Source: a virus (taxonomy: Duplodnaviria; Heunggongvirae; Uroviricota; Caudoviricetes; Peduoviridae). Taken from it: DNA of 31,694 bases. The notes under the pieces were generated by a model that did not search any database, had not been told where the DNA came from, and saw nothing but the letters and a program-made list of their open reading frames with translations. Position 1 is the stretch's first letter; each line of letters opens with the position of its first letter. Below are positions 9,335 through 18,190 of this stretch, in pieces. The position numbers and the translations under genes are program-made. The stretch is from IMG/VR virus record IMGVR_UViG_3300045988_104496, positions 1-31,694 of that record; one strand, 5' to 3'.

Positions 9335-9865
9335 TTATCCGGGATAAACAGTAATAACATCACCATCACAGACCACACCGCCTGTATACAGACAGCCGGG
9401 AATGTCCTGGATAATGTTCAGACCGATAAGGTGGCGACTTGCGGGTTTGGCATCGGCAATAAGCCGTTCCATTTCCAGATACATCTCCTCCGTGATGCCG
9501 CTTTCCAGTACGCCGATATCAAGGCGGAAGGTTCCGGGCGGGTCGTTTGTCTCCCACCATTCCTTTACGTTAATGAGATAGCCGAGCGGCTCCACCACAC
9601 GCCGGATTGCGCCGACAGTGCCTTTATGACAGTGGATGAAATAGGCATCGCGGATAACGGCGCGTTTTGTCGCTTCCGGCCACTTTTCATCCCACCTGTC
9701 GACCGAAAATGACCACGCCAGCCACGGCAGCAGATTTGCCGGGCAGGTGTCCGGGTTCCACAGCTCACGAATACTGACCGGCGTTTTTTCAATTTCCGCA
9801 CAGGCTTTTGCGGCGGCAACTTCAAGCGGCGATGAGCCGGTTGGCAGCAGGCGCGAATCACTCAT
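9335..9865 (-). CDS. I: Baseplate assembly protein gpI
   Basis: 176-aa ORF, P2 I size, between J and H. Confidence 0.85.
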   Translation of the reverse strand: MSDSRLLPTGSSPLEVAAAKACAEIEKTPVSIRELWNPDTCPANLLPWLAWSFSVDRWDEKWPEATKRAVIRDAYFIHCHKGTVGAIRRVVEPLGYLINVKEWWETNDPPGTFRLDIGVLESGITEEMYLEMERLIADAKPASRHLIGLNIIQDIPGCLYTGGVVCDGDVITVYPG

Positions 9866-10766
9866 CCGAGCCTCCGGTCACGACGCGGTATTCGGTGCAG
9901 AAAGACGCCTGCGTATTGTTAAGCACGATGTCGGCCAGCGGTGCAGCCAGTTCGACACGCTGCACGCCTTCCACATGCAAAGCGGCATAAATGGCAGACA
10001 GACGGATGTCGCGCCCCAGCCGGTGCTGTGCCGTGATGTACGCTTCCAGTTTTTTCACGGCAGCAGCGCGGATGGGTTCGCTTTCTGGACCAGGGTAAAG
10101 ATACAGCGTGGCGTTTATCTGGTATTCAACAATGGCGGCAGACTGCACGGTCACACGGTCAGCCACCGGCCTGACGTCCTCGCCATTAAGGGCGTTACGC
10201 ACCACAGCCAGCAGGTCTTCGGATGCCACACCGTTATTTTCACGTGACAGCACGGAGATGGTGACGCAGGCCGGAGACGGACTGGTAACAGAGATATCCG
10301 CGACACGCCCGTCAGCACTGCGACCATGATACTGATAGGCACCCACCGACCCGGCGACGCTTAAACCTTCAAAGGCCTGCTGAATACGCAGACGATAATC
10401 GGTGTCAGATTCCATCACTGCCGGTGTCGGCGGAATGGTCGAATCATCTGCCGGGGTGATAGTCAGGCGCGTGGTGTTGTAATTGGCACCAATCACATCA
10501 AGGTCATTACCGGCGGCACAGGCCAGCATTACCGCCCGTGCAGCCTCATTCACACGCTGACGCCAGATAAGCTCACGATAAGCATTTTCCTCCAGCAGTT
10601 TGACGAGAGGCTCAGATTCCAGCGTCAGGGTACGGGCGACCGCCTCCTGCTGGTCTTCCGGGTAAAGGGAAATCAGTGTCGCCTTGCGTTCGGCGAGAAT
10701 GGTTTCAAAGTCCAGCTCCTCAACCACATCCGGTGCGGGTAGCTGGTTCAGGTCGATAATCGGCAT
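9858..10766 (-). CDS. J: Baseplate protein gpJ
   Basis: 302-aa ORF, P2 J size, overlaps the I start by a few nt. Confidence 0.9.
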   Translation of the reverse strand: MPIIDLNQLPAPDVVEELDFETILAERKATLISLYPEDQQEAVARTLTLESEPLVKLLEENAYRELIWRQRVNEAARAVMLACAAGNDLDVIGANYNTTRLTITPADDSTIPPTPAVMESDTDYRLRIQQAFEGLSVAGSVGAYQYHGRSADGRVADISVTSPSPACVTISVLSRENNGVASEDLLAVVRNALNGEDVRPVADRVTVQSAAIVEYQINATLYLYPGPESEPIRAAAVKKLEAYITAQHRLGRDIRLSAIYAALHVEGVQRVELAAPLADIVLNNTQASFCTEYRVVTGGSDE

Positions 10767-10770
10767 GGTT

Positions 10771-11118
10771 TCAACTCACAGGGATGGTTAACGAAAGTGG
10801 CTGGCCGGTGTCGTTATGCTGGCCGGTTAACGTAACTGTCATTCGACCGTCAAAGCTGCGCGCCGTGGTGACGGATGACAGGGTGACGCGGGGTTCCCAT
10901 TTCAGCACCGCCATGTAACAGGCGACCTTAATCTGCAACTCAAGCGCCGGAGTCTGCGGCTGGTCAATCATTGACGCCAGCAACGAGCCGTAATCACGAC
11001 GCATCACCCGCGAGCCGACCGGTGTGCGCAGGATATCGCCGATACTCTGGCTGATATGCTCAAGGTCAGTGACAGTCAGGCCATCACTGCAATTCATTCC
11101 GAGATAACGCGCTGTCAT
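10771..11118 (-). CDS. W: Baseplate protein gpW
   Basis: 115-aa ORF, P2 W size and position. Confidence 0.85.
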   Translation of the reverse strand: MTARYLGMNCSDGLTVTDLEHISQSIGDILRTPVGSRVMRRDYGSLLASMIDQPQTPALELQIKVACYMAVLKWEPRVTLSSVTTARSFDGRMTVTLTGQHNDTGQPLSLTIPVS

Positions 11119-11750
11119 AGAGGGCTCCCGGTTGTGCCGCCGCTGTCGCCGGGGTGTTTATGGGTATGCAGCACCTTACCGTTTGATGAGAGTTCACCAC
11201 CGGTGTGTTCAATGTTGCCGCGCATCGTCCCACCCTTCTGCACTTCCAGCGTGCCGGTAGTCAGTTTGTTAGTGCAGACCACCTCCGGTGTGTCCAGGGT
11301 GACGCGGGTTGATGCTTTCACCATGACCACCGGCACCGTGGCAGTAACAGAATCAGAAGCCGTCACGCTGGCCGTTTTAATTCCGCTTACCGTGAGTGCA
11401 CTGGTTTCGGGTTCATACTCAATCACCGCCCCGTCAGGGAAACGGATATGCAGGGCATCCGCCGACGCAGACGGCGCGGGGTTATCGCCGGAATAAATCC
11501 CCGGCAGAACGAACGCCGTGTCGAGTTCACCGCCCACGGCCAGAATCAGCACCTGTTCCCCCACGGAAGGTGCCCACCATGTGCGCGAACGTCCGGCGCG
11601 ATGGGTCAGCCACTGCAGCCAGTCGGTACACATGCCGCCGGTCTGCACACGGCAGCGACCGGCGTTAAGGTCGGTTTCGACGATAACGCCGGTGCGAATC
11701 ATGTTGCGCAGTGCGCGCGCGAGTTCCTGAATATTTGCGAGAGTGTTCAT
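11115..11750 (-). CDS. V: Baseplate spike/assembly protein gpV
   Basis: 211-aa ORF, P2 V size and position; start overlaps the W gene boundary (ATGA-type coupling). Confidence 0.85.
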   Translation of the reverse strand: MNTLANIQELARALRNMIRTGVIVETDLNAGRCRVQTGGMCTDWLQWLTHRAGRSRTWWAPSVGEQVLILAVGGELDTAFVLPGIYSGDNPAPSASADALHIRFPDGAVIEYEPETSALTVSGIKTASVTASDSVTATVPVVMVKASTRVTLDTPEVVCTNKLTTGTLEVQKGGTMRGNIEHTGGELSSNGKVLHTHKHPGDSGGTTGSPL

Positions 11751-11761
11751 AACGGGAAGGA

Positions 11762-11785
11762 TGCCGCCGGGTCATACCGGCGGCA
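11762..11785 (-). promoter_or_regulatory. 9-bp dyad (tgccgccgg gtcata ccggcggca) in the S-V intergenic region; possible late promoter or attenuator element
   Basis: Perfect inverted repeat read from the sequence at the position of the P2 PV late promoter. No flanking T-run, so not an obvious terminator. Confidence 0.3.
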
Positions 11786-11816
11786 ATGTGACGATGAGGT
11801 GTCGGGAATGGCACAA

Positions 11817-12269
11817 CTAACGGTCGAGGTGAGCCAGGATAATCTCTTCAATCATCTGCACATCCTCACCGGTAAAGCCGAGCAGAGGACGCGCCGGATA
11901 ATCAATTTTCTTACCGTCTTTCCGGTTTTCTTCCGACAGACCGAACTGATGCACGCTGGCGATTTTCGGTGACTTCCCGCCGTAAAACTCCATTGATGCC
12001 TGTTCCGGGCTGGCGCGGATATGCAAAAAACGACTGGTGATAAGTTTCGCAAACATTTTTCGCTTAACGCGACCGGTCTTTTTTCTGGCGCTCTGCTGCT
12101 GGCGTGGCGCGTAGGGTGTGCCGTCCGGGGCTTTCTGTGCCATCACCCGACGCTGCTGACTCTGACGCAGACGTTTCGCCAGTTCGGCACTCAGTCGTCG
12201 ACGCCCTGACGGTGACAGCGATTCAATAAGTCCGGTCAGCCGGTCTTCAAAACGCTTAAACTCATTCAT
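11817..12269 (-). CDS. S: Tail completion protein gpS
   Basis: 150-aa ORF, P2 S size and position. Confidence 0.85.
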   Translation of the reverse strand: MNEFKRFEDRLTGLIESLSPSGRRRLSAELAKRLRQSQQRRVMAQKAPDGTPYAPRQQQSARKKTGRVKRKMFAKLITSRFLHIRASPEQASMEFYGGKSPKIASVHQFGLSEENRKDGKKIDYPARPLLGFTGEDVQMIEEIILAHLDR

Positions 12270-12729
12270 CCCACTTGCTCACCAGTTCGCCATTGATATA
12301 AAGCTCCACCGGGCGGGTGACCGGCTCCGGCGGCGGAGGTTCCGGGATATTCTTCACATGCAGTGCGCCGTCCACCTCACTGACCAGCGTTCGCTCGGTC
12401 AGCATCAGGCTGATGCTGATATCAAAGCTGCTGTCATTGTTGATGTCTGCATAAAACGTGAAGCCCTTTTTCTGACCTGCGTCGGTGGTCATGATGTCGG
12501 GCTGATTTTCCCGCAGCCACGCCAGCACCGGCACGATGAGCAGGTCAAAATCACCGGTAAAGTCGGTCACAATGACATTGAGCGTGTAACGCTTTTCGAA
12601 TGACAGCGACGTCGCCAGTGTGGAAGCAATACTCCCGTTATCCACGAATATCCGCAGCATATCGGGGTTAGTTTTCAGCACCGTGACGGCATCAGTCAGC
12701 GCCCTGCGCAGGCTGTCGGGTTTGAGCAT
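12262..12729 (-). CDS. R: Tail completion protein gpR
   Basis: 155-aa ORF, P2 R size and position. Confidence 0.85.
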   Translation of the reverse strand: MLKPDSLRRALTDAVTVLKTNPDMLRIFVDNGSIASTLATSLSFEKRYTLNVIVTDFTGDFDLLIVPVLAWLRENQPDIMTTDAGQKKGFTFYADINNDSSFDISISLMLTERTLVSEVDGALHVKNIPEPPPPEPVTRPVELYINGELVSKWDE

Positions 12730-12982
12730 CGTTTTCGTCCTGACAGTGTTTAATCATTTTTACCTGGCTGGCACAGCGTGCCAGCGCGTTCTCAAGCTGC
12801 CGGATATCGGCACTTAAATCGCCGTTCGTCTCCGGGTCACTGCCCGGCATCGGGCAAAGACTCACTTTCGGGCAGGCGTTGTGGACAATCACTGGCGTCG
12901 GTGCAGGCGGGGCGCTGGTGCAACCGGCGCACAGCATCAGGCAGGTCAGCGCCATACCAGCGGCGAAAATCCTCGTTTTCAT
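12692..12982 (-). CDS. lysC: Lysis lipoprotein LysC (Rz1-like), embedded in a different frame within lysB
   Basis: Internal start MKTRIFAAGMALTCLMLCAGC gives a signal peptide with lipobox LCAG|C and about 96 aa (P2 LysC size); proline-rich after the Cys. Nested in lysB as in Rz/Rz1 pairs. Confidence 0.6.
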   Translation of the reverse strand: MKTRIFAAGMALTCLMLCAGCTSAPPAPTPVIVHNACPKVSLCPMPGSDPETNGDLSADIRQLENALARCASQVKMIKHCQDENDAQTRQPAQGAD

Positions 12983-13262
12983 TAAGTAACCTCGTGATGG
13001 TTTTCTCGCGCAGTGCTTCACGCTTCGCGGCGTTCTCCAGTTCCTGACGCAGTGCCACCTGCGCCAGCTCGTTTTTGTCTGCCCTGGTGAGTGCAACATG
13101 AAGCTGATTTTTCAGCATGGTGATGGTCGTCTGCTGCCCGCTGGCGACGCTGTTCGCCCTGTCCAGTGAGGTGCGCAGGCTGGCGTTTTCATGCTTCGCC
13201 AGAAACAGCCCCGCCACCGCCAGCGATAACAACACGACCAGCACAATCATCAGCTTTGACAT
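12837..13262 (-). CDS. lysB: Lysis protein LysB (Rz-like spanin component)
   Basis: 141-aa ORF with N-terminal transmembrane segment (LMIVLVVLLSLAVAGLFLA) and coiled-coil remainder; P2 LysB size and position. Confidence 0.7.
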   Translation of the reverse strand: MSKLMIVLVVLLSLAVAGLFLAKHENASLRTSLDRANSVASGQQTTITMLKNQLHVALTRADKNELAQVALRQELENAAKREALREKTITRLLNENEDFRRWYGADLPDAVRRLHQRPACTDASDCPQRLPESESLPDAGQ

Positions 13263-13675
13263 AATTCCCGCCCCTCAAGACGCTGACGACAGGCTTTACG
13301 TATCAGCCGGAAAAACACCGACGCCACGAGGTAAATCAGCGCAGTAAAAATCCACCCGGCAGCGACCAGCGAGATAAACGTCGCCACCATCACCACCAGA
13401 GCCGCCGCCCGTCTGCGCCACGGCACCGGCTGCAAAAACAGCGACGCGACAATCTTCACGGCCAGCGATTCCGGCGACAGCTCCCGCCCGTAGCGCTCCA
13501 GTACATACTCTGTGGCATACACGCCGACACCACCGGCAACCACACAGATAACCGTCGCCAGAATCGCCCCGGCGGCGACAAAACTGACGGCCACGCTCTG
13601 CGGGTAAATCAGGGACAGTGCCAGCATCAGCGCCAGCGACACGTTCAGCATCAGTGAAAGGGATAATTTCTTCAT
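13250..13675 (-). CDS. lysA: Lysis regulatory membrane protein LysA
   Basis: 141-aa ORF with multiple hydrophobic helices; P2 LysA size and position. Confidence 0.7.
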   Translation of the reverse strand: MKKLSLSLMLNVSLALMLALSLIYPQSVAVSFVAAGAILATVICVVAGGVGVYATEYVLERYGRELSPESLAVKIVASLFLQPVPWRRRAAALVVMVATFISLVAAGWIFTALIYLVASVFFRLIRKACRQRLEGRELCQS

Positions 13676-13689
13676 GGTGTTTACTCCGT

Positions 13690-14187
13690 TTAAGCCGGTA
13701 CGCCGCCAGCGGTACGCCAGACGGTGACCAGTTTTTCCAGTGAATGCTCACGCTGACCGTAACCGGCTCCCGGCAGGGACGCCCAGATATTGCGACAGCG
13801 TGAAATAGCGCGCTCAATGCGTCCCGCCCGGATGTCATCCAGTGCACCGCGTTCGCGGATCAACTGAATGGCGAGCCTGTCCTGTGACAACGGACTGAAA
13901 TCCGGCAGGGCAAGCTGTTTGCGGTAGTGCGGCCAGAACAGGTAAAGCTGCTGATAGCGACCGGATGCCGTGGACTTTTCACCGCGACGGTTAAACACCT
14001 TCGCCGGTCGGCCATGCGCGAACGGGTGGTCACTGTAGTCGGTGAAAATTTCCGGCTTCCCGTCCAGTCCGGTGACTATCACGTCATAGCCCCGGTTTTT
14101 CGTCAGCGGATGGTTTGCCGTCCCTTCGGACACGGCCAGCATGTCGAGAAAGGCGGCGATATTCTGATGCGTGTTAATAACCGGCAT
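13690..14187 (-). CDS. K: Endolysin (P2 gpK-like lysozyme)
   Basis: 165-aa ORF, P2 K size, directly downstream of the holin. Confidence 0.9.
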   Translation of the reverse strand: MPVINTHQNIAAFLDMLAVSEGTANHPLTKNRGYDVIVTGLDGKPEIFTDYSDHPFAHGRPAKVFNRRGEKSTASGRYQQLYLFWPHYRKQLALPDFSPLSQDRLAIQLIRERGALDDIRAGRIERAISRCRNIWASLPGAGYGQREHSLEKLVTVWRTAGGVPA

Positions 14188-14468
14188 TACGGTTTCCCCC
14201 TGCCCTTAAAGCGGCGCTGAATGGCAATCTCAATCACCTGATAACCGGCGATACCCAGCATGGAGCCGATGCCGCACACCGCAGGCAGTGACAGGTCAGG
14301 AAACTGCACCAGAACAACACCGGCAACCATCGAGACAAAACCACCGAGCAACATGCGCCCGATAAACAGACGCGGGGTGATGGGTTCACCACCGGCAAGC
14401 ACCTTGCCGACAACAATCAGCACCCCAATCATGAAAAGCGACAGGACGCTTTTTTCTTCTGCTGTCAT
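14187..14468 (-). CDS. Y: Holin (P2 gpY-like)
   Basis: 93-aa ORF with two or three hydrophobic helices and a charged C-terminus (RRFKGRGKP); P2 Y size. Confidence 0.85.
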   Translation of the reverse strand: MTAEEKSVLSLFMIGVLIVVGKVLAGGEPITPRLFIGRMLLGGFVSMVAGVVLVQFPDLSLPAVCGIGSMLGIAGYQVIEIAIQRRFKGRGKP

Positions 14469-14471
14469 GCG

Positions 14472-14675
14472 TTACTCCCACAGATTGACAGTTTCAGCCA
14501 CGGGCGCGGTCTGAACGTCGGGCAGTTCGACGGCGGTGCCGTGTGGCAGCACCGCACCCAGTTCAGCCAGTCCCGGATTTGCGGCGAGCACGGTCTCAAC
14601 CACGCCCTCAGTGCGCCCGTAATACCGGACACAAATGGCGTCGAGCGTGTCGCCCTGTAGCGCAAAGGTCTTCAT
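14472..14675 (-). CDS. X: Tail protein gpX
   Basis: Six-frame ORF is 90 aa; the internal start MKTFALQGDTLDAI... gives 67 aa (P2 X size), and its ATG overlaps the L stop (ATGA). Confidence 0.75.
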   Translation of the reverse strand: MKTFALQGDTLDAICVRYYGRTEGVVETVLAANPGLAELGAVLPHGTAVELPDVQTAPVAETVNLWE

Positions 14676-15184
14676 CAGATTTGACTCACGATGCAGCGCG
14701 GCTTGCCCTGGATGCGCGCCACTGCCCAGCGCATATCCCGCCACAGCTCATCAATGGTGCTGTCAATGCTGTCGGCCTTCTTGTCGCCTTTCGCACTGGC
14801 ATCCACACCGCGATAACGTTCATAAAGCGACGCGGTCGCCATCGCACACACGGCGCGCTCGTAGTAAAAAACTTTGATGCTTTCACCGTCGATGTCGTCC
14901 GCCGGGACGTCCGCCAGACGCGTAAAACCGGCGGCAATTTTCTGTTCGCGGTACTCGTACAGCTCCGCATTCGTCTCCGCCATGCCTGACTTGATGGCCT
15001 CACGCAGACGGGCGGGGGCGACGGTCTGCTCAAGGCGCATACGTTCCCGGACGCGCTTCGGGTCGATATCGGGAAAAAAGAACGTGTTTTTAATCACCGG
15101 CTCGTCGCCTGCCGGTTGCGGGATGACCACCGTACCCTCACCGGACACGGGAGCCTCCTTTCGCGGAATAATCAGCGTCATCAT
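14675..15184 (-). CDS. L: Head completion/stabilisation protein gpL
   Basis: Internal start MMTLIIPRKEAP... gives 169 aa, P2 L size; the six-frame ORF extends to 15244. Confidence 0.8.
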   Translation of the reverse strand: MMTLIIPRKEAPVSGEGTVVIPQPAGDEPVIKNTFFFPDIDPKRVRERMRLEQTVAPARLREAIKSGMAETNAELYEYREQKIAAGFTRLADVPADDIDGESIKVFYYERAVCAMATASLYERYRGVDASAKGDKKADSIDSTIDELWRDMRWAVARIQGKPRCIVSQI

Positions 15185-15283
15185 GACTACCTCTGAAAAG
15201 TCGGGCGGTGGACGCCGGTGCAGTGTCAGGTGATTCACCCTCACTGACCGGCGTGCCGCCCTGGCGCGGGGCGCATTCGGTTG

Positions 15284-16027
15284 TTAACTGGCTTTCTTTT
15301 TCGGGCGTCCACGTTTTGCCGGTGTCACGCTCCGGATCTTACGCGGGGCGCGGGTGGCCGCTTTGGGCTGCGGCTCCGGCTTCGGTTTCAGCTCCCGCTC
15401 CAGTCGTTCAATCTCTTTTTTGACGCCTGCCTGACAGTCGAGCTGTGTCGCACGTTGCAGGTGAGCCAGCGCACCGGCGGCATCACCACCGTCACGCAGA
15501 AACAGACCGGTGATTTTGTGCAGCTTTGCGCGCACTTCATCAGGCATGTCAGCCGTGGCGGTCAGTTCAAGGGTCTCCGTCAGCAGGCGGGTATCCACAG
15601 ACTCACCGGCAGCGTGAGCGCGCATGGCCGCAAGCGCTACCTCCTCGGTGAACATGTACGGCGGGGTACGGCGGTGTTTACCCGGCATGGTCAGACCGTA
15701 CTTCAGGGCATAACGGGCAATCTCCAGCGCACCGGCAATATCGCCGGTATCCAGACGCCACAGCATGACCGTCATCAGAATGTCATCCTGTGCACCTTTG
15801 CCCTGCTCCAGCACGCCGTTCACCCACGGCAACCAGAACGGCAGCAGTTCGCGTTTTTTCGCGGCCTTCAGCTCTTTTGAATAAATCGCTTTCAGTGTGC
15901 GCTGGTCTGCGGCGAGCTTAACCAGCATCTGCTCATAGACAGTTGCATGTCGCAGCGGGGCGGCTTCCCGCTGCGCGGTCATCGCTGCCGAGACCCGCAT
16001 CATGTGGCGCTGTGCGGGACTCGTCAT
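15284..16027 (-). CDS. M: Terminase small (endonuclease) subunit gpM
   Basis: 247-aa ORF, P2 M size and position, with a basic C-terminal tail. Confidence 0.9.
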   Translation of the reverse strand: MTSPAQRHMMRVSAAMTAQREAAPLRHATVYEQMLVKLAADQRTLKAIYSKELKAAKKRELLPFWLPWVNGVLEQGKGAQDDILMTVMLWRLDTGDIAGALEIARYALKYGLTMPGKHRRTPPYMFTEEVALAAMRAHAAGESVDTRLLTETLELTATADMPDEVRAKLHKITGLFLRDGGDAAGALAHLQRATQLDCQAGVKKEIERLERELKPKPEPQPKAATRAPRKIRSVTPAKRGRPKKKAS

Positions 16028-16030
16028 CGG

Positions 16031-17104
16031 TTACGCTCCCGGCTCTGCGGTCGCTTTAGCCAGTGTGGAGAAATCACCGACCTTAATTTTTTCCACCAGA
16101 CAACCGGCGGCGTAGTCTTCCACCACGTAATCAATGTTCATTGACTCGTAGTTCTCCACGCGGTCGAGTTTCGGGTTTTCCTCAATCACGCGGCGATGGC
16201 TGTCATCCATGTAGTAGATGGACAGGTTTTCCAGCTTTGTGATGAGCATCGCATCCGCCGGGAAGTACGGGACGCGTACCGCCGGCAGGTTACCGATGCG
16301 TTTCTGGCTGATGATGACGTCAGCGGCCAGCATTTCGCTGTTGTCCTGCTCCTTGTTGACGATGGGAAAATACTTGTCCGCCAGTAGCTGACGTCCCACA
16401 ATCACCACAAGGTCAGGGTCTTCCTGATACCACGGCTCAATCAGGTTGTTGGTCGCATCCATCACCAGTGCGTCAAGGCTGGCATAATCACCGCCCTTAC
16501 CCACGCGGATGACCTCAGAGGTGGTGCGACCTTCCTCGTCAGCGACCTTGCTCATCACGCGCGCCGGGGCTTCATTGCGGTATTTCTGCAGCCAGCCGAC
16601 CGCCACATCCTGCAGCATCGGATTGCTGCTGCGGTCAGAGGTTCCGGCACGCCTCACGCCGTTAAAACCGGCCATGATTAAATCAAGGGACTGGCGTTTG
16701 ATAATGGCGTTACGGACACGGAGCTGGAAATCCTGATAACGCGCCCACAGGTCCAGCGTTTTGTAGCGGATATAAAAATCGAAGTTAATCTGGTCGCATT
16801 CGTACTTGTTTGACGCCAGCTTCGAGAAGTCCTTCGGCTGACGCTCGGTGCCACCGGCGGTGTCGGTGGTGCTGGCGATGGAGCCGGTGACACCGATGCC
16901 AATTTTTTCCCCTTTCATTTCGCTGACCGGCACAATGTTGATGCGGGTCAGAAAGTCAGAGGACTCCTGCATGGTGTTCATCAGGGTCTGGGTGACCGAC
17001 GGTTCAACGGTGAATTTTTTCGACACATCACCGGCGTCGATGCCGTTCAGTTCGGCAACACGGGACAGGTAGGCATTAAATTTAAAGCGGGTTTCCTGGC
17101 GCAT
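16031..17104 (-). CDS. N: Major capsid protein gpN
   Basis: 357-aa ORF, P2 N size and position. Confidence 0.9.
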   Translation of the reverse strand: MRQETRFKFNAYLSRVAELNGIDAGDVSKKFTVEPSVTQTLMNTMQESSDFLTRINIVPVSEMKGEKIGIGVTGSIASTTDTAGGTERQPKDFSKLASNKYECDQINFDFYIRYKTLDLWARYQDFQLRVRNAIIKRQSLDLIMAGFNGVRRAGTSDRSSNPMLQDVAVGWLQKYRNEAPARVMSKVADEEGRTTSEVIRVGKGGDYASLDALVMDATNNLIEPWYQEDPDLVVIVGRQLLADKYFPIVNKEQDNSEMLAADVIISQKRIGNLPAVRVPYFPADAMLITKLENLSIYYMDDSHRRVIEENPKLDRVENYESMNIDYVVEDYAAGCLVEKIKVGDFSTLAKATAEPGA

Positions 17105-17162
17105 AGTTTTTCCTGAAATTAAGGGTTAATCGTGAAGGTTTTCCCGGACTGACTGACGCCGG

Positions 17163-18017
17163 TCAGCAGTTCGTCATCAGGGCGTCACCGCCACCACCGG
17201 TGGCCTTGCTGCGGCGCTGCTGGGTCAGACTTTCGGTGTGGTCGAGACTGTTTTTCAGGCGGGTGAATGCCTGGCTGGTTTCATCCGCCCTGTCAGTCAC
17301 ATCCTGCTTAAGTGCGGAAAAAGCGGTTTCCATCTCAGCGAGGCGCTGCTCAGTGGCGCTCAGTTTTTCCTGCACATGTTCAGCAACAGCGGTCACCGCT
17401 TCATGCACGTCATTCAGACGGGCGTCATCGCTGGCCTGTTTGCGGCCAAAAATGGACTTCACCTTTTCGGTCAGGGCGGTGAACACGGTTTCAGGCAGGT
17501 CTTCAAATTCCAGCTCAACGGGCGTTGCCACTGAAATCAGGTTTTCAGGGCTTAATTTGAAGCGGTTCAGGGGGTTGTGTTTTGCCGTGCGGCAGAATTC
17601 CAGGTATTCCGTGCCGAGGCTTGCCGGGTCATCGGTGACGGCCAGACCCACCAGATAACATTTGCCGGTATTGGCAAAGTTCGGCTGAATTTCCATTGAG
17701 GTATAGACCTTCTGCGCGGCCTTGTTCATCGCGATAAGGTCATCGGTCGGGGTGATTTTCGCAAACAGCGCCCATTTGCCTTTCAGCGCCGAATCATCGT
17801 CAATCTTTTCGGCCTTCAGTTCGACCACATCGCCATAACGCTTAAAAATACCGTCAGGCAGGACGCCGCGCAGATGTTCCAGGTTAATGCGGCAACCATA
17901 GACTCGCGGGTCAAAGGTTTCGGCCATTTCCTGAATATCCTGCGCACTGATGACACGCCCGTCACAGGTGTCACCCTCAACGCCGATACGAAAGAATTTT
18001 GAGACTTTTTTTGCCAT
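17163..18017 (-). CDS. O: Capsid scaffold protein gpO
   Basis: Six-frame ORF is 306 aa; internal start MAKKVSKFFRIGVEGD... gives 284 aa, P2 O size. Confidence 0.85.
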   Translation of the reverse strand: MAKKVSKFFRIGVEGDTCDGRVISAQDIQEMAETFDPRVYGCRINLEHLRGVLPDGIFKRYGDVVELKAEKIDDDSALKGKWALFAKITPTDDLIAMNKAAQKVYTSMEIQPNFANTGKCYLVGLAVTDDPASLGTEYLEFCRTAKHNPLNRFKLSPENLISVATPVELEFEDLPETVFTALTEKVKSIFGRKQASDDARLNDVHEAVTAVAEHVQEKLSATEQRLAEMETAFSALKQDVTDRADETSQAFTRLKNSLDHTESLTQQRRSKATGGGGDALMTNC

Positions 18018-18190
18018 TGTCAGGAGTCCTGAATAGTGATTAGAGGAGTCACATGTCGGCATCAGTTTCCCGACGATACGCATCCTCCGCCATCAGTCCC
18101 GGATGGCTTATCACTGACACAACAGCACCTTAGCGAATCGCGGGGCGCGACTCAGTAGCCTTGCCGTGTATTCATCACGGCGAGGTATTC
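18018..18190. promoter_or_regulatory. Divergent late promoter region (PO leftward, PP rightward)
   Basis: Intergenic region between divergently transcribed O and P; contains a partial dyad tGTCGGcatcagtttcCCGACg of the TGT-N-ACA kind bound by Ogr-type activators. Position-based inference. Confidence 0.4.

Noticed and set aside
15281-15880. 199-aa plus-strand ORF opposite gpM
   Set aside because: Antisense to the terminase small subunit gene; Arg/Gly-rich composition typical of a spurious frame.
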